From Octopus vulgaris (Eukaryota), in assembly GCA_951406725.2 (NCBI GenBank), contig OX597818.1, positions 96,286,001-96,350,000 of the forward strand: DNA of 64,000 nt, read 5' to 3'. Positions 39,973 to 52,775 of the stretch are shown piece after piece; within the stretch, counting starts at the first letter, position 1; the number at the start of each line of letters is the position of its first letter. The notes beneath the pieces were generated by a model. It did not search any database and was not told the origin of the DNA. It saw nothing but the letters and a program-made list of their open reading frames with translations. The position numbers and the translations under genes were made by a program.

Positions 39973-40438
39973 TCTCTTATTATAAAAGGCAGATTTTATC
40001 TGCCTCCCTTTGTCACTTATAGAAATCTACAATATAGGATTTCTTCAATTACAATTTACCTAGCATTTTTAAGAGTAGAATGCATCGGGTTTTGCCAGGT
40101 CCGGTTTTTAAAATTTCAACCCCAATTAAGCAAAATTTAGAGAAAACTCACATTCTGGTGTATATGTCAAATGCTTTTCTTAGTTTGGGTTACAGCACAC
40201 GCAAACGCACACACACAGTGTGCAACGAATAAACTGAAACTAATTCACTGTGTGTTGACAGGTAGACAATAGAATGCGATGGCGATGTAATATTTGTTTC
40301 TGTCTATGACGCTGATAGATACATGAGTAAAATGTATGGGAAGCTAAGAGATAAGAGTGAGTGAAAATATTCTTGGAAGAGAGTAAATAGCGAGAGCGTG
40401 ATTTGAGGAAGACTTTACATTAAATAACCGTAGTGGCT
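39973..40438 (+). mobile_element. Possible Helitron 5' portion
   Basis: Starts A|TCTCTTATTATAAAAGGC like the other Helitron 5' ends; no CTAG/hairpin 3' end found. Confidence 0.4.
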
Positions 40439-40460
40439 TGTATATATATATATATACATA

Positions 40461-40727
40461 CATAAGACAGTAAGGTGTGATCTGAGGGAGATTTGGCTGC
40501 TATTTCTACCATGTCTAGCTGCCATGTAGGGGTCTCCCTCATAGGCTCATACATACATATATACATAGATAAGACAGTAAGGTGTGATTTGGGGGAAATT
40601 TGGCTGCTATTTCTACCAGGTCTAGCTACCATGTAGAGGTCCCCCTCATTGGCTCAGATATATATACATACATAAGACAATGAGGTGTGATTTGAGGGAG
40701 ATTTGGCTGCTGTTTCTACCAGGTCTG
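40461..40727 (+). repeat. Tandem repeat, about 105-bp unit, 2.5 copies
   Basis: Units start at 40461, 40568 and 40671 (ATAAGACAGTAAGGTGTGAT.TG.GGGA.ATTTGGCTGCT.TTTCTACC). Confidence 0.9.
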
Positions 40728-41046
40728 TTAGGCCTTCTCATGTAAACTCAAGCTTTCTCATGCCTTGAACATAAGACCAAAGCAGAGAATGTATTCTTTT
40801 ATTCTTCTGCTTTTTCAAGCCATTGGTCTGTGGCCATGCTGGGGCAATGCCTTGAAGAATTGTAGTTTAATGAATCAACTCCAGTTTTATTTTTGTAAGC
40901 ATTGTACTTATTCTATCTGTTTCCTTTGTCAAACCACTAGGTGACAGGGATGTAAACAAACCAACATTCGTTGTCAAGCAGTGGTGGAGGACAATCACAA
41001 GCACAGACACGCACACACACACATATACATGCATACACATATACAC

Positions 41047-41077
<31 letters not shown>

Positions 41078-41095
41078 TTTGTGTGTATATATATA

Positions 41096-41418
41096 TTGCA
41101 GCGTGGAAGGTGTTTGTAAGCCATTTAAGAAACACACAAAAACCGTTAGATTCACTTCAACATTTAAATTTAATTTGCCAAAATATTTTCCACGCTTTGA
41201 GACCGCGACCTGTTCACTGACAAAAATATTGTGCTAACAGGTCGCGGTCTCAAAGCGACGAAAATATTTTGACAAATTAAATTTAAATGTTGAAGTGAAT
41301 CTAACGGTTTTTGTGTGTTTCTTAAATGGCTTATAAACACCTTCAACGCTGCAACTGTTTTCGTTCCAGCACACGATCTCAGATCAAGTCACTTTCTATG
41401 CAAGTACATCTCTGTAAC
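41096..41418. mobile_element. Penelope-like pseudo-LTR with inverted copy (119-bp arms)
   Basis: Arms 41096-41214 / 41236-41354, 5 mismatches by eye, 21-nt spacer; right arm continues to about 41418; flanked by (TA)n. Confidence 0.75.
41174..41224 (-). ncRNA. Minimal type I hammerhead variant with G3:C8 core
   Basis: Two-arm consensus UUUGUCA GUGAACA G GUCGC GGUCUCAAA GCGAC GAAA AUAUUU UGACAAA: 7-bp stem I, 5-bp stem II, palindromic AAUAUU stem III. Confidence 0.65.
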
Positions 41419-41512
41419 TATATATATATTTATATATATATATGTATATTGGTAAAAACAGTAAGATAACAAAAGAAAGAAAGAGACCTCAATATTATGT
41501 AAATAGAGGAAA

Positions 41513-41907
41513 TCTTTATATATAAAAGTGAGGTTGTGTGTCTGTCTCCTACGATTTAGATTCCTAACTACTCCCACATTTTGCGGTGCAGTTTAACCAA
41601 AACCGGGTATCTTATAGTCGTGATTCATATCGAGCCCGTCTGGGTATTAGCGCGCGTCTACGATGAGTCTACGATTTAAAAAAAAAATTACCATTAATTT
41701 TTCCCATTTTTAATCCATTTTTGACATATATAAGGGAAGTAACTCTCTAAAATTTATTATTAAATCTCAGAACGTAAAAAGCTACAGTAACACCCCGCCC
41801 CCTTTGTGGTTAGCCATATTGAGATGGCTATTATACTTTACATCTCTAAAAATGCTTATATAATTATTTCCCTTACAAACCCGAGCAACGCCGGGCGATA
41901 CTGCTAG
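41513..41907 (+). mobile_element. Non-autonomous Helitron (family H1), 395 bp
   Basis: A|TC 5' end, subterminal hairpin CCCGAGCAACGCCGGG (41880-41895), CTAG|T 3' end, no TSD; second copy at 47304-47696. Confidence 0.92.
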
Positions 41908-41918
41908 TATATATATAA

Positions 41919-41971
<53 letters not shown>

Positions 41972-44900
41972 TGTGTGTATGTTTGTGTGTCTGTGTCCTT
42001 CCCCGCACCATCGCTTGACAACCGATGCTGGTGTGTTTACATCCCCATAACTTAGCGGTTCGGCGAAAGAGATCGATAGAATAAGTACTAGGCTTACAAA
42101 GAATAAGCCCTGGGGTCGATTTGCTCGACTAAAAAGGCGGTGCTCCAGCATGGCCACAGTCAAGTGACTGAAACAAGTAAAAGAGTAAAGAGTAAGAGTA
42201 ATCACATCATCGAAATCTTAAAGCTACGAAAAAACGTATGAATAATTCAAATCAATGTGAATAAATAAGCATTGCATTTAACAGAGTAATACAAAATAGT
42301 TTAGTCAATCATTCGAATATGGATGCAGTCCGACAGGCTTCGACATATTTTATTCTTCTCAAGTTTTCTCGCAAAGTTTGGCTTGATCTGGGGCCATCAG
42401 AGATGAAGATACTTACCCAAGGTGTCAATGATTACCTATTCACGCTCGTTGATTTATCGTTGTCTTTTATGTTTTACTTGTTTCAGCCATTGGATCCCAG
42501 TACTTATTTTTCAAGTCTGCTACTTATTCTAGCGATCATTTTGCTGTAAACAAACCAACACCGTTTGTCAAGCGGTGGAGGTGTGGATAAACGCAAAGAC
42601 ACACGCACATACATATAGCAAGGATCATAAGGCCGGTTTACCTGATTCTTTGGCGTATGTATTTCCCCTTCGACAGGAGGCCGGTCCCTAGTAGGATCAC
42701 TCATTTTGCCTGCACAATGGACCAGAGCTACGTGAAATTCTGAGTGGAAGAGCCAAATCACTAAGCCAGGCACCTCCACACATACATATATAAGTATATA
42801 TACAATGGGTTTCCTCACGGTTTCCGTCTACGAAATTCATTTACAGGGCTCTGGTGTATCCGAGTTATAGTAAGAGACACGTGCCCAAGTTTCCGCGCTG
42901 TGAGACTGAACTCAAAGCCAAGTAGTTGTAAAGTGAGTTTTTTTAACCACATAGCCAAACCCGCGTCTACCCGTTTTCTTTTTAATATTGTCTGTTTGCT
43001 AAACGCGGCGAGCTGGCAGAATCATTAGCCAGGAAAAATGCTTAGTTGTATTTCATCCGTCTTTACGATCTGTATTCAAATTCCGCTTAGGTCGACTTTC
43101 CCTTTCATCATTTCGAGGTCGATAAAATAAGTGCCAGTTGAACATTGGCGGGGGTCGATGCAACCGACTTATTCCCTTCCATGAAACTGCTGTCCTAGAG
43201 CTAAAACTTGAAACCAATATTGTCTGTTTGCTATTTACAGATATTCCCGCGTTACAAAATTCCAGTTCCTGAAAATGTTGTCATAACGCAGAATTCCGTA
43301 AAATGGTTCTTATTTCTCATAACTTTTCATGTTTAGATGGAGATGTCTTCCGACCGGCGTTTTCCGAGAAATTGAAACAAAACAAAGAACGCAATACAAA
43401 GACTTTTATGTATGAAAAATTAAAAAAATTAAACACACGGTACATACAGTATGTTTATATATATGATAACTTTTGAAAAGAAACTCATTGGGGTTATAAA
43501 TAAGAATACAGATATAAAAGTAATAATATAGAAGAATAAGTAAATAATATCGCAATGCGCTACATGCTCATCGCAAATGAATTTGAATGCTGTGTAATAT
43601 GTGGTGGTAGAGGTCCTGCAATAAGAGTTAGTGAGAAAAGGGGTACTATTTTCTGCTCTGTAGATCATTAACATCATCAGCATCTGTTGAAGAATTTACC
43701 CCTGCTATGTTTATGTTTACGGTGCACCACTTCTTTATACTGCTCAGCGTAGATAAATCAGGATCATTATTAACAAAGACTTGTAGACATTTCCTCTATT
43801 AGTGTCATTCGCTTCGCTATATTCTTTGCGGATGAGTAGAGTGGAGTGAATAGAGCTTCTATATTTTCTTCTTGTTCTGCAATTCATTCATGTTCCCATA
43901 GTATTAAGCCCTCGTTTGAAAAACTTTCTCACTAGGACTTAAGCATTTCAACAACATCATTTCCTACAACTCCTTTTAATTATACATCATTTGGTAGTAT
44001 CACACTATCTTTACGAAACTGATATAGACTTTCTACTGATTAAAAATCTATAAAGTCATCGATGTAGCACGACCGTGTGTTTTGAATAACACTAGACATA
44101 GCTGCAAGTTTCACTTCATCACTCGGCTCTCTGATAGTATACCATGCAAATAACTATCACATCATGCTGTATTGGCTGGAGCCAAGACATTATGATTTGG
44201 GATATATTGTACTTTCACGTTATTCGAAAAGATCTTAAAGAGAACAATGCTTTGTTGGAAATAATACACTTGTATTATAATAACATACAATAATATATAA
44301 TATAATATAATATATAATATAATATATAATAATAATTATAATAACATATAATAATGCACTGGTATACCTATCTGCAGTTGGACGAAAACAGTTTGTGGAC
44401 CAGTTTAGGAAAAAGCTCGTAGTCATCTAAGCCTTCTTATTTGAATGCCAAATTATAAGTCGATTAAACTTAGAATTCATTGAATCTCAGAAGCAAGGTC
44501 TCCTTGAGCAATAATGTTCTTTGGTTTCTCAAGATCATCAGTAGCAGCCTCTGTGTTAACACTGACAGCTTCATTGGCCATTTTAATATTAGACACGCCT
44601 TAAACTTTGCAGATTAGCTTATATTAGCAAGTGAAGATTTTGCATCAAAAGTTTTCTTCCGTTTCCCACAAATCGTCACACAGTCTACTGTACCAAAGAT
44701 TTAACTTATTTATTCTATTTGTTCGCATATTTCCTTTGACGGATGTTGTAATTATCTTCAAAGTTATAAAATATTAAAGTTTAAATCTCAATTCTGAATC
44801 TACTTGCCTCGTTCATCTTGCATTTTCTTAAAATTCATTTGTTGTTTTCGAATGTTGTAGATGTTCCTGTGTTGTATGTAAATTCACGTGAATCACCTGT

Positions 44901-45238
44901 CAACTTTGTAAGTGCTCCTTTGCGTTTCGATTCTCGTAAAATGCTTGGCATTGATTTTAGTTGTTGAAGAATGAAACAAACGTCAAATTAATTTTTATGT
45001 ATGAGCTCTAACGTTAAGGTGTAAATTTATTTCTCTAAACCTTTGAGTTTACCTTTCACGTCGTTTCCCTCATCGAAATATTGTCTTTCTGTGTCATCTA
45101 AATATACGGAGAATCTTTCAAGCTGCGCGAGTTTGCTCCCTGTTAAATAAACAGTTATCAATACATTTACAAGAACGAATCAGAGAGCATATGCCTCCTT
45201 ACGTTCACAGCTATGAAATGAGGTTTTAAAGATATGTA

Positions 45239-46510
45239 CGAAGGTGGGCTGAAAAGTTCAAAGGCTGACTATGAAGGAGTGGTGCCAGAGCGTCAAATAT
45301 GGCATGCATTAATTTCGGCTCTTCTTAATAACTGCATTGCTTCTTTCCAGCTAAACTGACATCTCACTGTTACGAACGTACTTCAAAAGTAACCAAACGT
45401 AACTTCTCTTGAAAACGGACAAAATTTGGCACCGAGGTGTTATGAAGTACCTGCAGAAAGGGCTTTAGCCCCCAGGTATATTCATTGGTATATTAGGGGA
45501 TGACACTCTGGCTTTATCAATAGTGCAAAAGTGAGAAGCTAAATTTAGGAAGGGAATGGAGAGTCTTGAAGATGATCTAATGTCTGGACGTCCTGCAACT
45601 GCCGCCGTCGAGAAAAGGATTGCTCGTGTTCATGACATGCTGATGGATGACAAACGATTGACTATAAATCAAATAGCCACAGTAATTAGCATTTCCTGTG
45701 AGAGAATAGAGACTATTTTGCCCAATGAACTTGACATGATGGAGGTTTCTGCTCGGTGACCAAAAGCGCACCAGGCTGATCACATCACGGGAAAATCTGT
45801 CATTGTTTCAAGCAGATCCAACTATTTTTCTGAACGTTTCTTAAGCCAGGATGAGCGTTGGGTTTATCACTTTGAGCCAGAGATAAAAATCAAAACAAAA
45901 CAAAACAATCCATGCAGTAGAAACACCCCTCGTCACCTGCTCCAAAGAAGGCCCGAATCGTTTCATCTGCAAGGAATGTGACGGCCTTAGCATTTTGGAA
46001 TGCAAAAGGCATTATGTTTATCGACTATCTTCAAAAGGGGCATACCATCAATGGAGAGTACGATGCCAACTTACTGTGGCAGTTACGAAAAGTTATCAAG
46101 ACCAAACGCTCATGAAAATTGACGAAAGGGGTCATGTTTCATGAGGACAATGCTCCAGCACACAAGTCTTTGGTTTTAGTGGCTGGTGTGCGTGGCTGTG
46201 GCTTTGAACTGGTTGATCACCGTCCCTATTCTCTTGATTTGGTCCCTTCTGAGCATCATCTGTTCCCTAACATGAAAAGCAAAAACACTTGGCTGGGAAC
46301 TAGTATCGCATCGATGACGTCGTCGTACCTGCTGTTGACCTTTTTTGAGCAACAGGATGAAAGTTTCTTCACCAATGGGAGTCAAGAACTGCAACACCGA
46401 TGGATGAAGTGTGTACACTGCAAGGGAGACTATGTTGAGAAATAAACCTCATTTGGTAATATTCTATGAAAGTATCTTGGTCAGCCTTTGAGATTTTCAG
46501 CCGACCCTCG
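45239..46510 (+). mobile_element. Mariner transposon, full span (1272 bp), defective; same family as 7378-8465
   Basis: TA on both sides; 31-bp TIRs CGAAGGTGGGCTGAAAAGTTCAAAGGCTGAC / GTCAGCCTTTGAGATTTTCAGCCGACCCTCG; QDERW, FHEDNAPAH, PYSLDLVPSEHHLF, KGDYVEK. Confidence 0.95.
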
Positions 46511-46911
46511 TACACAAAGTGCATTACTGTGTTTTGTCTTTAAAGGATTATCTAGCTCCACATGAAACTTGCCAGCTGTAAATTCTTGATATGTACCTAC
46601 CTTATTTATGTTTGCAGTATTTTCTTCTTTACAATTTATGTTCTCAATATTTATGCTTAAGAAAGCGGCGAGATAGAGCGCCGGGCAAAATGCATAGAGG
46701 CATTTCGTCTGTCTTTATGCTCTGAGTTCAAATTCCGCTGAGGTGCGACTTTGATTTCCATCTTTTCCGGGATCGATGAAATAAGTAGCAGATGATGATA
46801 GGGATCGATGTAATCGACTTCTCCACCCCCACAAAATTGCAGGCTTTGTGTCAAAATCTGAAACCAATATTTAAACTTGAGTCAGTTTCTTGAAGTTTGA
46901 TTTATATTTTA

Positions 46912-47303
46912 CTAGCAGTATCGCCCGACGTTGCTCGGGTTTGTTTCGACCCTTTAGAATTTGAATTTTTGAAAAGTAAAACTTTTGCATTATGTAGCTT
47001 GTTATTCTCTTTAAGTGAACATTTCTCTGGTTGAAATTCACCGAAAAATGGCGACACTGCAGTAAAAAAAAAAAGTAAAAAAAAACTGGGATTTTCATAG
47101 ATAAAAAGCACCTTTTTGATTTAAATAAATTTTGGCGTTAACATGGTCCGATTTGAATTTTTTTTCTACAGAAGAAAGAGCAAGCCTTCTTCTATCATAC
47201 TCTCAAATTTGGTCAACTTGCGCTACAGGGTCTCGGAGGAGATAGTGTTAGTTGAAGGCTACCAAACCTGCCATACACAGACAACTTCAGCTTTATAGAG
47301 AGA
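46912..47303 (-). mobile_element. Non-autonomous Helitron (family H2)
   Basis: Same 3' hairpin plus CTAG as H1, related 5' end TCTCTCTATAAAGCTGAAGTTGT, different body. Confidence 0.85.
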
Positions 47304-47696
47304 CTAGCAGTATCGCCCGGCGTTGCTCGGGTTTGTAAGGGAAATAACTATAAAAGCATTTTTAGAGATGTAAAGTATAATAGCCATCTCAATATGGCTA
47401 ACCACAAAGGGGGGTGTTACTGTAGCTTTTTACGTTCTGAGATTTAATAATACATTTTTAGAGAGTTTCTTTCCTTATATAATAGCAAAAAATGCATTAA
47501 AATGGGAAAAAGTGATGGTCATTTTTTTTTTAAATCGTAGACTCATCGTAGACGCGCGCTAATACCCAGAAGGGCTCGATATGAATCACAACTATAAGAT
47601 ACCCGCTTTTGGTTACACTGCACCGCAAAATGTGGGAGTAGTTAGGAATCTAAATCGTAGGAGACAGACACACAACTTCACTTTTATATATAAAGA
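47304..47696 (-). mobile_element. Non-autonomous Helitron (family H1), 393 bp
   Basis: Reverse complement of 41513-41907. Confidence 0.92.
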
Positions 47697-48479
47697 TTTC
47701 CGAACAATTATTTCCAAGTCAAAGAGAGTACCTAACTGTTTCGCCTCCATTGAATAAAAAAAAAAAAGAAAAACTCTGCTTTCTGAAATCTTGGCGGACG
47801 TTTTTGTCTACAACACTGAAAAAAAAATATTAGCTACGCTAGTCTGTTACTTTAAAAATCAAAACACCGACCTAAAGAAACAGCTTTGTTTCTATGTTTG
47901 TCTGTGCATACGCACGCGTGTCTGTCTGTCTGCCTGTCTGTTTGTCTGCCTGTATGTATGTATTATGTATATGTGTGTATGTGTGTGGTGATAACTATGT
48001 CTTCACAGATGATTGCCGTTTCCTGATGCTTCCACGTCGTCAATCGCGTTTCTGCTGATCGTCATGATTTGACGCATAGATGTCAGGCAAAAGTTGTAAT
48101 TGCCAATGAAATGATCAGGTCACTTTATGGGACGAGGAGTTCCTCGATCTAAGTTTCAAACCTTTCTGGACACGAAACTGAACCTTTTCACTTGTGGGAT
48201 CTGCACACATCGTCACTCTACCATCACCATACCGCTTTCAATAGATAGAAGGGCAAATGAGGTCACCATAAAGAAATATGTACGCCATTGGATTGTAGTG
48301 ATAAACGATTGTACAACACGAGTACCGCTCTGTGAGTCTCCGTGATTAGTATCTAATGATATGCCGAAGCGAAGTGACCAGTCATCACGTGAAATGGTAG
48401 GTTTTACATCAGACTGTCCCTCTCCTAGATGGATGCTGTGACAACAGCTAAGATCCTTCATTCCCATATATTCTTCTAT

Positions 48480-48683
48480 TCTTTTATTCTTTCACGTGTT
48501 TCAGTAATTTGACTGCAGCCAAGCTAGAGCACCGCTTTTTAGTCGAACAAATGGAGCTCAGGACTTATTCTTTGTAAGCCTAGTACTTATTCTATCACTC
48601 TCTTTTGCCGACCTGCTAGATTACGGGGACGTAATCTCACCAGCATCGGTTGTCAAGCGATGGTGGGGAGACAAAAACAGACA

Positions 48684-48742
<59 letters not shown>

Positions 48743-49186
48743 GTATATACATACATACTACGGGCTTCTTTTCAGCTTCCGTCTACCAAGTCCACTCACA
48801 AGGCTTTGGTCGACCCGAAGCTATAGTAGAAGACACTTGCCTAAGGTTCCACGCAAATGGACTGAATCTGGAACCATGTGGTTTGCACCTACAAAGTTAC
48901 CCTCCAAAGCACAAGTCCGAACAAGGTTGTTTTTGTGGAAGGCAAGCAGTCGCCCATGCATACCGGTCTCCCCTCTCCACGCCACCGATGTTATCCGAAG
49001 GGAAAAGCAAAGGCCGATACAGCTTGGCACCAGTGACGATGCAACTCGTTTCTACAGCTGAGTGAACTGGAGCAATATGAAATAAAGTGTCTTGCTCAAA
49101 AACACAACACAGCCCAGTCCGGGAATCGAACACACAACCTCATGATTGTGAGCCCGACGCTTTAACCACCGAGCCACATATCTTCA
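48480..49186 (-). mobile_element. SINE family B (48480-48885) fused to SINE family C (48885-49186)
   Basis: Family B text runs to GGAACCATGTGGTT and then switches to the family C body GCACCTACAAAGTTACCCTCC. Confidence 0.8.
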
Positions 49187-49196
49187 CACACACACA

Positions 49197-49245
<49 letters not shown>

Positions 49246-52200
49246 ACATATATGTGTACATAGATACACATATGGAGATGTGTGTATGTAGGTATGTAAG
49301 TATATATGTGTGTGTGTGTGTGTGTATTTCGGTGCGCTAGTGCACGTGTCACACAAACAAGAACATGTATATGTGAAGTTAAGAGTACAGATTTCATCAA
49401 GACAGACATTTGGGATCTAACAAACAGAGAGACATTTACTTTAGATAATCGCCTTTTCGTATAAAAGCTTCTGGACGTGTCTTTCTCACATTGTAGTCTC
49501 AACAGTGTGTTTGAGAGATGAAGAGATGATATTATTGACTGGAAGGAATATTGTTTGCATTCGGTGCTGATACAATAGAAACCATTGTCGCCTAAAAACA
49601 AATAATTTACAATTAGTTATCTGCTGTATAGGTCAACAGAATATATAAACAATACTTTCATAATAGCGATTTATATTTATTAACTAACAAGGGTAGCCGT
49701 CCTGAATGTAGATGAAATTGTAACTAAACAAAAACATGATCAAATAACTTGTACAGACATGTAGAGCTTAGAACTGTAACAGTATTAACGAATATAATTA
49801 AACGTGTAATGGATCATATAATAATTAATGTTTAATGTGGATTAACTGAAAGCATTTTATAGAAGATCCTTTGTTTGACTTGTTTGTTCTACCGAGATTG
49901 CGTTTGTACCTGAATATGCTGCTGCTGATCATGTTGGCGTTCTTTCATAAAAAAGATAGGAGTCTTTAGAAGCGGGACTTTACTTCAGTTTCTGCAGAAT
50001 TATGTGTATTGGTCTGTAGCATGTAATTAGTCATAGTTAAAGCTACGTAAATTGAGGTACGTGAATTAAAGCGCCTCACCTAGAAAAACAACGAAATACC
50101 CATCGATCCGATAGCCGAATGGGATATTTGCTTCTATGATGTTTGAATAACTTAAACAAAAAATACAGGTTCTATTTTCATTTAGATATAATAAGAATAT
50201 ATAACTTTCGAAAATATCAAAATCATGTAGCAACAGAGCAAACTCAAAGAGAGCTTACACCTTACTTCAGGGCATTGACAAGCATGAAAATAATAAAGAA
50301 AGGAATGTCTGACCTCAACACAAAACTTCAAAATCTATGATGGAAAAGAAATACAATTAGGTAGTGTGTATGCCTTTCTCGGGGACATACATGATGCGGA
50401 AAGGCTGCATTTGAGATACGAAACCGAATAGCGAATATTGGAAGGTCGGAACTAACTACTGCTCCAAACAGGAAAGGTTAGTGTGGTTATAAGGTCAGCG
50501 AGAGTGAGAAGAAAGCGGGAGTTACGGAGAAGGGCGCATTTTAGTGAAAGAGTTACCAATTGAAATATGAAATCAGGCTGCCTGTGCCGCTGACTCTCGA
50601 CAAAAAATATTATTTCTCCGAGAATTTCCCTCGACTTGAATGCATTCAATGTCCAATCAGCGATACAACATGATTTGTGTGTTAAAAAGGGGGAAACCAC
50701 TAAAAGGCCTATAGAACTCGCAAGAATGAATGAACACTTTTATTCTCCGTATGACATTCACTTGTATACCTTCTGCATTAAAGCAAAACAAAACTTTATT
50801 ATTGATGTAAACGATTGCACAATTTCTGTAAACAAACTCGTTGACACGGATAGTTTTCCATAATTTTATCTCTGAGTCAGTTGCTCGTAATCTCAAGAGA
50901 TCTACTAATATATTTGTCTTTGTTTTCAGTGATAGAAGAAATATGTTTGTAGTTAAGACGACATTTTGGTACAAGAAGTTGAACTATTGGAATCAAATCA
51001 CTATGCTTGCATTTATTTTCTTGATCAGATACTATGGATATAAAGATGAGGCGAAACATGACGAAGGTATCCCATCCTTGTCTATCTTGATCTCTCATAA
51101 AGAGACACAGCAGCCCAATCAAACTAATGAGCCTTCTATATTTTGGGTTCCTTGTTGTACTTGCATTGGAAAATTAGCTGATAGATATGGGTTTCATTTA
51201 TAAAAAATATTTATTTTGAGATAATGATCAAATAATATCTACTTAGTCATCCATAATCTTACGATATTACCGTTCAGTATTTCGTTTTGTCTGATTAAGG
51301 TTCCAAGCTCAAAAGCCGGTCGAAGTTGACTTTGCCTCTCATTCCCCCGAGTCAATAAAATAACAATCATACACGGATGATATTAATCCAACCCATTATA
51401 GCGTTGCGCTACAAATTGTCGCATTGTGCCAAACAAAGAAATCAATATTTTCTACTTTAAAAATTGTTTTTTTCAAGATATTATACCGTGACATTTAGTT
51501 AGTACAGAAAAGTATGACCCGGGGAAAAATCAGACGCTGTAAGCAATTACTCAGTGAGTCCTTGCTAATCAATTCAACAAGTTATCCGCTTCCTTGAACC
51601 AAGGTTTACAGTTTACATCCTTTTGCTTTGCGCGCTTGCTAATCGACTTGGCTTCTGTTCACATAGCTGTAAATAGGTACCTTGAGGGAAGAACAATTTA
51701 TCTTGGTGGAGCAGCAAGAAAACTGTGTAATTGACGAGTATTTTGTTAGCTGTTAATAGTAAGCTGTCTTCTCATGCACTGTAATAGTTGAAATGGATAT
51801 CCACTGTCTGATGTCAATAGAGCTAATCCTCAATTGATAGCGAAGTCCGAACGGGAAAGGTTGAACAATTAGCTAAGTTTATCCCAGTTGCGTGATATAA
51901 ATGAAGTATTGATTGACTAACTCACGTTCTTGACGAACAAAATTGTTTGAAAGAGAAGGTGAAGAGAGAAGGTGACAGCAAGGAAGAGGAGAAAGAGACA
52001 GAGTGTGTTTGTGAGAGAGAGGGGAGAGAAAGAGAAAACAAGAGATCTAGGGACGAAAAATGTTATCGTTCAATGCCTTCTAATGTCTCTTAACTAGCAG
52101 ACGGTAGAAAGTTATTTGTGTTTAATATGATATTTCTTGGTGTTTCAAATTTAGTATTGTATTTACGGATTTCAAGTGTCATTTTAGCGCTGAGCAAGAA

Positions 52201-52342
52201 AATTGGGTCGCTTAATCAATTTTTGAATATACAGAAACAATTTCGATGGGTTTAAACTAAAATCATTGAAAGACCCCCCAGTTACCCTCTATCACTGGCT
52301 AATTAAAGAACCTCGAATCTATATGATTCAGATATAAAATAG

Positions 52343-52499
52343 AGGTAAAGGAGTGGCTGTGTGGTAAGTAGCTTGCTTACGAACCACATGGTTTCAGGTT
52401 CACTCCCACTGCGTGGCATCTTGGGCAAGTGTATCCTACTATAACCTCTGGCCGACCAAAGCTTTGTGAGTGGATTTGGTAGACTGATAGAAGCCCGTC

Positions 52500-52548
<49 letters not shown>

Positions 52549-52775
52549 TGTGTGTGTGTGTGTGTATGTTTGTATGTCTGTGTTTGTCCCCCCAACATAG
52601 CTTGGCAACCGATGCTGATGTGTTTACGTCCCCGTAACTTAGAGGTTCGGCAAAAGAGACCGATAGAATAAGTACTCGGCTTACAAAGAATAAGTCCTGG
52701 AGTCGATTTGCTCGACTAAAGGCGGTGCTCCAGCATGGCCACAGTCAAATGACTGAAACAAGTAAAAGAGTAAAA
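52343..52775 (+). mobile_element. SINE family B, full length
   Basis: Head, internal (TA)n(TG)n, tail GACTGAAACAAGTAAAAGAGTAAAA. Confidence 0.92.

Larger units (their letters stand above)
39805..42198 (+). mobile_element. SINE family B whose internal microsatellite carries about 2 kb of insertions
   Basis: 5' half 39805-39945 ends GAAGCCTGTCGTATATA; 3' half resumes near 41980 and ends (GTAAAAGA)n at about 42198. Confidence 0.7.

Noticed and set aside
40461-40727. CRISPR-like array
   Set aside because: Long repeated units with microsatellite spacers, no unique spacers, no cas genes, eukaryotic context
50143-51203. Cluster of 65-120 aa ORFs in unique-looking DNA
   Set aside because: No recognisable motifs and overlapping on both strands; possibly decayed TE, but I cannot assign it
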